Position numbers and translations under genes: made by a program
Shown: piece after piece, positions 26,501-37,292 of the stretch
Position numbering within the stretch: the first letter of the stretch is position 1
Layout: each line of letters starts with the position of its first letter
Notes under the pieces: model-generated
Told to the model about the DNA's origin: nothing
What the model saw: only the letters and a program-made list of their open reading frames with translations
The model's database searches: none
Assembly (NCBI GenBank): GCA_965649765.1
Contig: OZ287756.1
Location: forward strand, 57,970,001 to 58,034,000
Length of the DNA: 64,000 nt
Direction of reading: 5' to 3'
DNA from: Bispira polyomma
Lineage: Eukaryota

Positions 26501-27389
26501 TGAATTTCTCCATTGATTAACCGATTCAGTTGTTGCGTTTTGGAAGATAACACGCATCAATAAGGCGTGTTAAAAATCCATAATACAATACAATATGCGA
26601 TCGAGTGTCAAAATAGAATAGGGTGGCATTTCAAAACTGCCCCCTTCGTGTTGACGCTTGACAAGAGTGAGTGTTTCTGTGTGTGCTGCATTCTGGGATA
26701 GCCCTGTTTGTCACCATCACAAACTCAAGCAAAGTCTTGTATATATTTTTTGCACTGTCTGTCTTTTTATTTCTTTCTCTTTAGTAAATCCAGTTATCTT
26801 GACAATGATCTACATTAAGTGATACTGGGGTATTTTGTCTCTTTTTTTCATCAAAACCATTTCTGCCTTTTCTCTGTTGCAGAACAGCAACACTATTTGG
26901 ACCAATTTTAAAGCATGAAATAAGAATATTGATAATAATCTGCTGATGTGACATATATTCATATTTAGTAAACCAGCTAATATCAGATTCCAGAGTAAAC
27001 TACCCTCTCATCTTTTCAATCTGGCTTAATATAATAACCCTCCCCATAGTAAAACAATGATATTATAAACACTCCCATAATAATTGTTCCTCAATACAAT
27101 GATTTTCGTCACTTTGTCAATGAAGTACTGACATTGATTAGACGTGTTAATTTTTTTTAATCATATCATATTGTAAGTAGTAATTTTAAAGCATGGAATA
27201 AGAATCTTAATAATAATTTGCTGATTTGATATATTCTCATATTTAGTCAATATCATAAATTTATTTGTATATCAGAAAATAGTAGTTCTACTGTACTACA
27301 TAAAAAAGGGCTAAGTCTAGACATTATCCTAAGTGTAGAACAAACATATACTAGATCTAAGACAATGTTTGTTAATACCAGCCCAGGCT

Positions 27390-27812
27390 GTTATACAATG
27401 ACATACCTGGTTATAGTAGATGTATCCCCAGAGGTTTAGCCACTTCTGTAACAGAATAACCTACCTGGTTATAGTAGATGTATCCCCAGAGGTTTAGCCA
27501 CTTCTGTAACAGAAAGACATCCCTGGTTATGGTAGATATATCCCCAGAAGTTCTGTGATATAATGACCTACCTGGTTATGGTAGATGTACCCCCAGAGGT
27601 TCTGTGATATAATGACCTACCTGGTTATGGTAGATGTATCCCCAGAAGTTCTGTGACAGAATGACTTCCTTGGTTATGGTAGATGTATCCCCAGAAGTTC
27701 TGTGATATAATGACCTACCTGGTTATGGTAGATGTATCCCCAGAAGTTCTGTGATAGAATGACCTACCTGTTTATGGTAGATGTATCCCCAGAAGTTGGC
27801 CACCGCTGTGAT
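27390..27812 (-). repeat. 49/58-bp tandem repeat (8 copies) of an exon end plus splice donor
   Basis: Minus strand: AACTTCTGGGGATACATCTACCATAACCAG|gtaggtcattatatcacag; unit ends at 27768 (real), 27719, 27670, 27621, 27572, 27523, 27465, 27407. Confidence 0.95.
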
Positions 27813-28826
27813 GCCCTGTTGACACCTGCCTCCGTAGGGACACTGCTGGCAGTCGATGTCCTGGTACTGGTAAGAGCCTGTGTAGGCGGTCTGTGGTTCT
27901 TTGCCGTTAATCAGTAAGGTATAGTAGGCGAAAGAGGAGTATGTCAAGCTGTAGTTCAGATAGCCATAGTCCAGACTGTACTTGTGCCTGGGGCAGGATT
28001 CACAGAAGTAGGACAGCTGGTCTAGTTTATAGGAGCGCCGCAGGCCTATAGGGGTCACACCATAGGCTGACGTGTTGGTCACTCGCAATCTGTAGCCCAC
28101 TGGACATTGGATGGCAATATCGCTGACCTCTATTGACCAGTGGTCGCCACTGTGTCTGACCAGGGTCATGTGGTTCATGGCAGTCAGTATCATTAGGCTG
28201 GCACTGCGTACAGACACCAGTCCGTTTGAGTAGATGAGGTCTCCCTGCAAGGCGTGCCTCTCTACGGGGCTGTTCTCAAAGTACACATTGTCCACCTGCA
28301 TCGTACTCTCCCTGTCCACAAACACCGCCCCACCTAGCAATCTGGCTGTGTTGTTCACAAACTCGCAGTCCTTTAGGCTCAGGTTGCCCCTCTGGATCCG
28401 GATGCCCCCGCCTTTGCCAACGAAGGAGATCAGTCCTTTGCAGCAGTCTGACTGGATCCGGACTTCGTCTCCATTGATCTGGAAGCTGTCCTCGTAGTTG
28501 TAAATCTTATTCATGCGGTAAGAGCCGGCGTCATTCTGTCTGAAGGAGCAGTTGGTGACGTAGGACGGAGTGGACGGGTTCGTTAAGTACAAGATGGCCG
28601 CTCCAGCATGCATGGCGATGTTCTCCGCAAAGCTGCAGTTCTCAACCATGGTTGTGTTAAATGGGCCGATAAAAGTCACTCCCCGCTCATTGTTCCTGAA
28701 GATACAGTTCTCTATGGAGACTACACCGGCACCCTCAGGGCCTAGTTCTGGGTGAGGGTTAACTGCTCTGACCATCAGTGCCGCAAAGTAGAGGTTCATG
28801 ATGCTTTGGATGGGGTCATTGTACAC
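27768..28826 (-). CDS. Membrane protein exon (FxxN/GGA beta-helix repeats and start of Cys-rich region)
   Basis: ccacag|GTG...CAG|gtaggt, 1059 nt, phase 0/0. NCIFRNN, NCSFAENIAMHAGAAI, DCEFVNNTARLLGGAVF, CPVGY, CESCP, CQQCPYGGRC, NFWG. Confidence 0.9.
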
Positions 28827-29647
28827 CTGTGGTAGGCAATACAATAATTATAATATTTGAAACATTTTAACTGATAGCCCCTGTAGAAAAAGGGTCAACT
28901 AACTGTGGGGCAGTTAAATGGAGGGGGTCATATAAAATAAGTTGTACCTATACCCAGCCCACTGTCTAATGACCAAAGACATTAAAAATATGTTACTGCC
29001 ACTCTGGTTTGGTGGGTAACACACTCACGTAAGAATACGGAGAATCTGGGTTCGATCCCCAGCCTTGGTGACCAGGTACAGACATATACATAGTGGTCCA
29101 AGTAACCTGTTAAAATGGTTGAGTGAGAGATGTGATAGTTCCAGCTACTGGTTGTCTGTACAAGGACAGCAAAGAAAGGTTAATGCTTTAGTTAGTACAT
29201 TAAATATCATATACATATAGCCAAAATCCAAATGAGTCGGAATTTTACTATATACTACAGTTGAACCCATTTAAGTCGAACCTCAATGGAAATAGCTTTA
29301 ACTTAATCAGAATTGAGAGTTATAGTCATTGTGGTTGGACTGCAATAATATTACATTGTAATTAATTTCTAAAGTTAGACCAAGGCTGGTATTTAGAAAA
29401 ATTCCTAAATTTTTTTACAACTGTTTTTAATTTTTTTTCATTATTTTTCAGCCAGTTACATATAATTGTCAGGACGTTGTCCCGACAGCTATGGGTACTT
29501 CATTAACAGTGCCTTGATTTGATTAACCTTGTGTATTAATAAAACTAAGATCAATATACAAGAAAATGTGTTTGAAACTAATGGTACTTTCCATGAAAAA
29601 AATAGGTGTCCTATTACTGGCTACTTTAAGGAGAAACATTAAGGGAC

Positions 29648-29895
29648 AAGCGGTGGCCTAGTGATTATAAGTGTCTGCTTCACAATCACTGCCCTCTCAC
29701 TTCTTGGATTCGAATCCCACAGATTTCATTTTTCATATGAGAGAAATTTTGTCAGGTACTTGTCGAAGGTCATGGTTTATAGTGGAATCAACATTGGTTT
29801 CCCCCCACCACTAATCCTGGCCATTGCAATATGACCAATGCTGTTGTTGAAAGCAAGGTAGAACCCAAATAAATTCTTCAAATGATTTCAAATTC
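29648..29895 (+). mobile_element. tRNA-derived SINE related to 8860-9088
   Basis: ggtggcctagtg...ggattcgaatccc...aacccaaataaattc tail. Confidence 0.7.
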
Positions 29896-29981
29896 TTTAA
29901 ACATTGTCACAGTCAATTTGATTGGCTGAAATTTTTGTTTGAAGAAATCTGATTGATTGATTATGGCTCTTCCCCCCATAC

Positions 29982-30179
29982 CTGTTTCTCAAAGACTGAG
30001 TTCCTGACTAGCACCCTACTGGGAAGCAGAGAGTTTCTGATGGTAAGGTAGATCTCCCCATGACTACTCTGCATGTTGGGCACATTGGAGAAGTGACAGT
30101 CACTTATCTCAAAGTCCACATTGGAGGCTGAGGTGATGGCCAGCTTAGTGTGCAGGAAGGTGGAGTCTTGGAGCAGAAC
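29982..30179 (-). CDS. Membrane protein exon (beta-helix-like ectodomain)
   Basis: cccag|GTT...CAG|gtatgg, 198 nt, phase 0/0. VLLQDSTF...ISDCHFSN...VRNSVFEKQ. Confidence 0.85.
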
Positions 30180-30959
30180 CTGGGGCACACATGAACAACA
30201 ACACAGATGCGTTCAGCCTCATAGCTGGTATTGTATTTTATTCTAACATGACATGGCTGTGTACGCGATTCTTATTGGCTCAACGCTACAGTAAAAATAA
30301 CCACATACGCATTAGACTCATTGTGCCTGTAGTGTACTTGATGCCTAGTGGATATAGTTCCTGCAATAACGTTATTTTGCTGCAGTAAAAACAGCTGGAA
30401 TTTGGCACTAATTTTAATTTGTCATATTGAAATAGGATAACACATTCCAAATCAATGGTAAAAATTACTTGGTCTTATTCCATAATTATAATTTAACACG
30501 CTTTTGCCATCAGTAGGCAATGTCGTTTTTACATTTTGCACAGGATGGCGGCATCAGCAGTAAGTCGAATGAGGGACAACAAATTTTCACTTATTTATCA
30601 ACAAAGTTACTAGTCTTAATATTCACTGTTGCCCAAAGTTTATTTAAGGTGAACAAAAAAAAAGCTCAAACAGTTTGTGTTACATATTTGGAGTTTTACT
30701 GCACAAAGTAAAAAATTTAACTAGAAGAAACTTGACCTAATTTACAATTCTTAAGAAATTCACTTATCTTAATTTTTACTATAGAATACAAGTTTAAATT
30801 TTTAATAAACTAATTAAAGAGAATTAATTGTAAATAGGCAGACACTCATTGGAATTTGAAACTTGCAATTTTATTTTTGGCTTATATCTTTACTCAAATA
30901 ACATCTAATATATTGCCATACATAATAATAATTGAAACATTTATAAAGCGTCAAATTGA

Positions 30960-31170
30960 TGGGAACATCCTTTAAGACGCTTATATCTATAAAAGGGAAA
31001 GTCCAGGGACAAGCAAAAGGTCGTTACCAGAAGGCATTCACCAAAGGGAAGGGTGACTAAGGAGGGGGTAGGCCAGTCTGAAAAGGTAAGTTTTAGATGG
31101 CTACTGAAACCTACTGTTTTTTTCTGTTTGGTTGGGTTGATGAAATGGAGAGGTGGTTTTCCCGGGTAAG
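30960..31170 (-). mobile_element. LINE 3'-end fragment homologous to 48390-48680
   Basis: Shared gggaaaa.tccaggg.caagc.aaaggtc.ttac.aga..gcat.cac.aa...ggccagtctgaaaaggtaa. Confidence 0.6.
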
Positions 31171-31249
31171 GCTATATATTGTGAATACAACTAAAATATT
31201 GCAGTATAAGCATGCTACGAATTTCCAAGCACAATACTCGCCCCCTTAC

Positions 31250-31797
31250 CTGTAAATACTGGCCCATCATGTTAATCACACCAGACGGTTGACAGTTGAC
31301 TGTACAATTTTCGTCCATACTGCCCCTCCACTCACTGTTGATAAACCTCAGGCCCACCATGGGTATGGTCGGCGGTGACATCCACTTTGAGTCCTCCATC
31401 ACAACCTTGTTCAGCATGACCGTAACGTTGCCCGTCGGGTTCTCCAAGGTCATCAGTACCCGACTCAGGTGTAGGTTCTCCAGTTCATACTCGTAGCTCG
31501 AGTTCTGTTCAGCCCACGAGATGCTCAACATCAGCAGCCGATTACCATTCGAACCGCACCCTACCAACGGGAGGCCGTTGTGACCCACTAACTTGATGGA
31601 GATGTTCAATACCAATGGCTCGCAGAGCCAGTCCGGATTGTCCCGCGATCTCTTAGCATTGATCCAGACCGTGTCCCCTTCGGACACCTGACCCAGGATG
31701 TGGGTGAGTGTTTGACAAGGTGTGTCCTCATCATGACCGCAGTGATCCCGATCTTCTCCGTAAACAGCAACATAGTGATGGCCAGAGCCCAACACAC
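31250..31797 (-). CDS. Large multi-pass membrane protein, most upstream identified exon (N-terminal cap of a beta-helix-like ectodomain)
   Basis: tttgcag| acceptor (phase 1), CAG|gtaagg donor. HYVAVYGEDRDHCGHDEDTPCQTL is the YV..G.D...CG....PC.T motif typical of the start of pectin-lyase-like beta-helix domains. GC-rich relative to flanks. Confidence 0.85.
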
Positions 31798-32862
31798 CTG
31801 CAAATTATAGACAAATAATCTGTCAATTGTGGCCAAATGGGGAACATCATCCCAATACAAGCACAAAAATCATTCAGTCAGGTGGCCGGATCCCAACCTA
31901 CCTGCAAATTATATATATAGAAAAAATAATCTTTCAATTGTGGCCATATATGGAAAACACCATCACTTGGAACACGTGTACAAAAAAGCTCTAATTTTTC
32001 TTTAAAATCGACCCTGATAAGTGGAAATCATGCATAAGTAGAGCTTTTTCTCCTAAATCCCTTGAGATTAGACTTAAAGGGATTTAACGGAACCGCAGTG
32101 ATCCCGATCTTCTCCATAAATAGCTACACAGTGCTGGCCAGAGCCCCACCCACCTTCAAAATTATATTTTTGCTTATTTTTATTGATGACACAGTCAATG
32201 CCATTTTACAATAAAACTGGTACCCTTGCAGGAGAGGTAGTCCAGTTATGTTAGCGCATTTACACAAAGGAACCCCCCTAACACAATCCCACAAAGAAAT
32301 AGCTTAATTGATTTTAATCAACATGACATTGAATTGTATCCCATTTTTAGTATACACAAAAGGAGGGCAGAGTAGCAAAAAAAAAACGAGAATAAGTAAA
32401 TGCACCCGCCATTATATATAAAGAAATGATCTGTCAATTGTGGCCCAAATATGGCAAACACCATACAAATCTGCCCTGTTAAGTGGAAATTGTGCAGAAG
32501 TATAGGTATTTCTCCTAAAAAGCCTAAATCTTTGTTTCAACTTTGAGCACCAAGAACACTACAGCTGAAAACAGCCAATGTGTTGTATACAGTGAATTTT
32601 ATCAAAGTTTTCGTCTAATTAGAATCGTGGACACAAGCCATGTCATGTTAGAACGTATTTTAGCTGGGATTTATAAAAACAAAAAACACGAAATAGGTGG
32701 TTTCTGTGTAGAAAAAATGCACTCATGATACTTGGCAGTGCATATTCTTATAGTAAAATGAAATACAATCCATGTACTAGTCTATAAATGTGTATTTCAT
32801 TAGCTAATATATCAAGGGTTTGTTTAAAGGCAGTTCACAGACTTTAACTCACATAACAACCA

Positions 32863-33089
32863 GGCATCCGTATTCTCGAAAAATGATTTAAAGTTCAACT
32901 CAGATATTATAGACTCCCTATATTTCTGACTAGTGTAAAGTTAAGTAACCTCTGACTGCATATTTGAACTCAGCACTGAAAGCTCTATTAAAATGAATGG
33001 TCACAATTGTAGGTTCATCCGATGTCCATTGAAGGCCTTTATTTCAGTTTGAGTCTAAGTTTTGAGCTTTAGAAAGAGAATGCAGGGCC
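32863..33089. mobile_element. MITE (possibly PIF/Harbinger-like)
   Basis: TIR ggcatccgtattctc / gagaatgcagggcc. Internal aaagctctattaaaatgaatggtcacaa recurs near 46205 and, inverted, near 46590. Confidence 0.55.
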
Positions 33090-36000
33090 CAGGCAAAACT
33101 CATCATCAAAGACTGATCAGTCTGAGCAAAACTCATTTCTCTCTGAGACCAATCCCACTTCATATATCCAACTTTTTTGTGCATAATATTTGACACTTAA
33201 TAAATTGTTTTGTCACATTTTTGTTGGTTTGGTGTCTTTAGTTCTTTGATCATACTTTTTTTTATTTCTCAGACCTCTTTCTCTATCTGTGGCGGTAAAA
33301 GTTATTTTTAAGTCACATCTGGTTTTAGATGAGTGATGTTCAATAGTTATCAATATATCTGGAACATCATGAGATTAGTTTCAATGAACCATGGTGCTAT
33401 GTGTGGGGTGAGATAATGTAAAATCCTTAATTGTTTTCTCCAGAGGCTGATATTTTCAAGTTTTGTTTTTAGTATTTTTTTAAATAGTTTTTAGTATTTT
33501 TCATGTAGGGTTTCACATCAATGCAAAGTTCTTTCAAACATTTACAATTTCGCATTACTTTTACATGTCTGGTAGGAACATTTGAGTTTGACAGCTTTGA
33601 TAATGGTATTATTTTACGGGTATTACCTAATTATATTCTTACAGAATACACAGATACTTCAACTCACCTAACTTATCATAATACCAAATACTTGATATGT
33701 GTGTAATACATAATATATTTGTTATTGAATTCTTACACGTTAAAATGTGTCTACATGTTTGTACATATTACACTATGCTTTCATCTACTTTTTTGAATTC
33801 TATTATGTAAATAGTTTACCATTTCAGTCCATACCTGATAAAAAAAAGTGTAAAAGTAAATTCTGACTTTATATTTAAATTGATCACTGAAGTCCCCTAT
33901 CAATGTGTATGGTTAAATGTAGATGTTACTTCGATATACAGGGACTTCTACTCACAAATCCTCCATTTCAGTTGAGTCTAAGTTTCAGCTTAACTTTATT
34001 TGCAGAATGCGAGTCCTGTTTGAAATTGACTACACACAAGTATTTAATTTTCATCATTTATCACGTCTTTCCAATTGATTAATTTGTTGTTTATCTGTCA
34101 AAGTATTAATTGCTTCCCCATATAAACGGCTGCCCGTTTAATTAAAATTCGAGGCTCTTTATTACTGTGGATGTGACAGGAAATGGATCTGGTAAAAAAA
34201 AACCAAGCGCTTTCAAAAGTTTATTTATGAGATAGATATAACGATTTCAAAACACAAATTGTCCTTTAAAACAGACAAAGGGACCCAGTGTAAAATACAC
34301 TAACGTTGATATGGCCACTACATCCTCAGGCAAATCTCCTCTCCCCCCTCAGTTTAGATTGCTTCCAACCAATCCATGAAGGCATTACATATTATTTAAC
34401 ACTAAACTACGTCTGAAAAATGTTATTGCTTTCAATTTTGTTTAAAGAGAAAAATTCTATTACTGATTTAATAATTTGCAAAACTGTCTAAAAATAATAT
34501 ATACTCCAGAAATTTAACTTCAGAACATGTCTACATTTTAAAGTATTGGTATATAATTTATTTATAGTAAGTATTGAAGCAAATAACATAAAGAACAGAA
34601 CAAAAATTAAGTATAATCATATCAAGATTAACTTGACAAACATAGTTATGTCCAATATTACACCAGTTAAATATTCCAGTTTTAAACTTAGTCCCTTATT
34701 TTTGAATTTTTATTATTCTGACCTTGAGATCAAACCTTAGATGGTAAGCATACGGAAATCTGGTTAATGGAGCTGAGACGTACATCAAAGTGGCTTCATG
34801 AAATATGGATTTCTACTAAAAAGGGGGAAAATACAACTGAGAGTGTTCTTAAGGGGTACTATAGCCATTAGGATTCCAATATGTTGGGCCAAAGGTCAAT
34901 ATTCTGATACTAACTTTGTACTAATCTGTGACACATCAAACAAGTACCCTCTATCATCCAAACTTCTAGATTATTCAAATATTTGATTTTTATGAACAGA
35001 CTATATATGTTTTCAACCTCAGAATATTAATATTATGTTTATTATGTTGATTTGTATTTATATGTTATCAACCTTCAATTATCTGAAAATAAAATGTATC
35101 TAGCTGTCCCACATGTGATCTTTTAGCAGAAAGAGGTCTTTTCGGAGGTTAAAGAAAACGATTTTCTACTCTTTCAAGTACGAATGTGATAGAACAAATA
35201 TTATTTGCTTTTGACAGCTTTCCCGAGGATGTTTTGAAAGAAAAAAAGAAAACAAATTATTTGTTATTTGTTTCTTACCATTTCAGACGGCCCTATTTGG
35301 CTCAAAGTCTTTTAGGCTGGTTTTAAAATCTTTAAACAAAGGTATAATTGTGTTTTTAATTTTACCCAGTGACAAGCCTGTTCTGTGGAATGTACTGCCT
35401 TTCAAATGACCTTGGCATGACGAAGTCTAATTCTATATGAAACTTAATTCTACCTTATAAAACAAGAGTTGTCTTTTTTTTTAAAAAAAAATACACAAGC
35501 ACACAGTGTGAATATACACAAAACGTTGATATGTCCACTATATTTACTCAGGGCAAATCTGGCACACTCCCTCAGTTTGGACGGATCAAATTGCTTCCAA
35601 CCAATCGATAAAGGTCTTACTTAATTTTTCTAGGATGGTGGCACTCTTTTTAATGGCGGCAACTTTTTTAAAGAATGAAAACAACGTTAGTCCGTGCCTG
35701 ATAAAAAATATGTTTCTTCTTAGCTTCTTGGTCTTGATGTAGAACGCAGATGTTTGTGAAATGACAACGAGAAGTGTCACTTAATAATTCTGATATTTGA
35801 GACATCAGGATGGAGGGGTGGGGTGGGTGGCAGGAGAGTAATGGGGGGATTAAATTTTTTATATAAAGATTAATTTTTTACATGATTTAAGTAACTGTGA
35901 CACGGTGTGGAGAAAAGAAGTAAAAACTTGCTGTTTAGCACAAAGAGAATGCAAACACAAATACAAATTCTGACATGGAACTGGATTGGAAAATGTACAA

Positions 36001-36619
36001 TTTATCTCCCTAATATTATTAGCTCGAATCAAATTTGCACCATTTTACAATAATCTGTGGAAATGACTGGAATTGTTTTTTTTTTAATCCATGTGTAATT
36101 TTATTTGACAAAAAAAAAAAACAACATATATTTTATTTTATTCCTGATGATCATTTTAGCATACAGGATCATAAGTGACAAAAGAAAGATGTAATGTAAA
36201 TGTAGGTTTATAGTCCGATATCACTCAGGATATGAGGCCTGCTCTGACTTTACAGTTTACATCCCCCATATTGAGTTCTTCCACTTTGTCAAACCTATTG
36301 TTCACTCTCAGCTGACTCAGGAAGCATATATACGTTATGGATGCTTGATATAGCACACTGACCAACACCCAATAGCAATGACATAAATAGCTCCTATTTT
36401 TACCATATATACCATTAGACCAGTGTATAGCTATGCCATGTAATGATTTACATCACTTTCAACACTTCTTGTCATATAACAACAGGCAGTTTACTTGTGA
36501 GGTTGGACAAGGATTTTCTGCTCTGCAAGCTACCCCCCTTCAGCAAGTCTACAACTAACATTTCTTCACTTAAATGCCAGAACTAATAATAATAATAATA
36601 ATAATTATCACTTGATGTA

Positions 36620-36935
36620 GCACAGTTATGAACAACACTGTGGTCTAATGTGCTTTGACTTTATTACTGCAGCCTTGGTTCTTCCACTTTGTCAACCAAT
36701 TGTTCGCTCATAGCTCCCGCAGGGGAGCATACACTAGCCATTCTGTGACACAGGGTGCACACAGACTAACACCCATGAATGGGCAGGTACACATTTTTCT
36801 ACCACCTGGGTTAAGGGAGGGACAGCATTGTGTGAAGTATCTTTTCCAAAGGTACAATTACAAGGCCAGCAGGGAGGTTCGAACCCAAACATCGAACCCG
36901 GATCCGTCGGATTTAAAGCCTGTGACTAATAGTGG
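36620..36935 (-). mobile_element. Degenerate SINE on the minus strand
   Basis: Reverse complement of family-B body (ttcttccactttgtcaaccaattgttcgctc...gcatacactagcca) and B box (gttcgaaccc). Confidence 0.6.
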
Positions 36936-36957
36936 CACCCACAACTGTAGAGGTAGT

Positions 36958-37292
36958 GGTCTCTGTGTCCTAGCCGTTTGAGTGTCGGACTTTGAATCTG
37001 AGGAATCTGGGGGTTCAAGATCGATCCTTGTTGTGGGCCTGGATATTGCACCCTTGGACAATGTGCTTCACATAAAAGTGATTGCTCTTTACCCAGGTGT
37101 ATAAATGGGTACTTGACCTTTATAATGGGGGTTATAGTCTTTGTGCACAGTATGTTGAAGCACGGCTAGTAGGTGCTTCCTGAGGTAGCTGAGACTAAAC
37201 AGTTGGGTTGACACAAGTGGCAGAACACAGGCCGGGGGTGTAAACTGTAATGTCGGCTGAGACCTCAACAGAGGTGATATCAGACTATAAGC
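36958..37292 (+). mobile_element. tRNA-derived SINE family B with CORE-like central domain
   Basis: tRNA head, cccttggacaa..tgcttcac...cccaggtgtataaatgggtac, tail ggggtgtaaactgtaa...gatatcagactataa. Confidence 0.75.

Noticed and set aside
31606-31797. Alternative frame VCWALAITMLLF... resembling a signal peptide, with a possible ATG|gtaag exon end at 35279
   Set aside because: That frame stops after about 63 codons and uses the same bases as the conserved YV..G.D...CG motif frame; likely coincidence.
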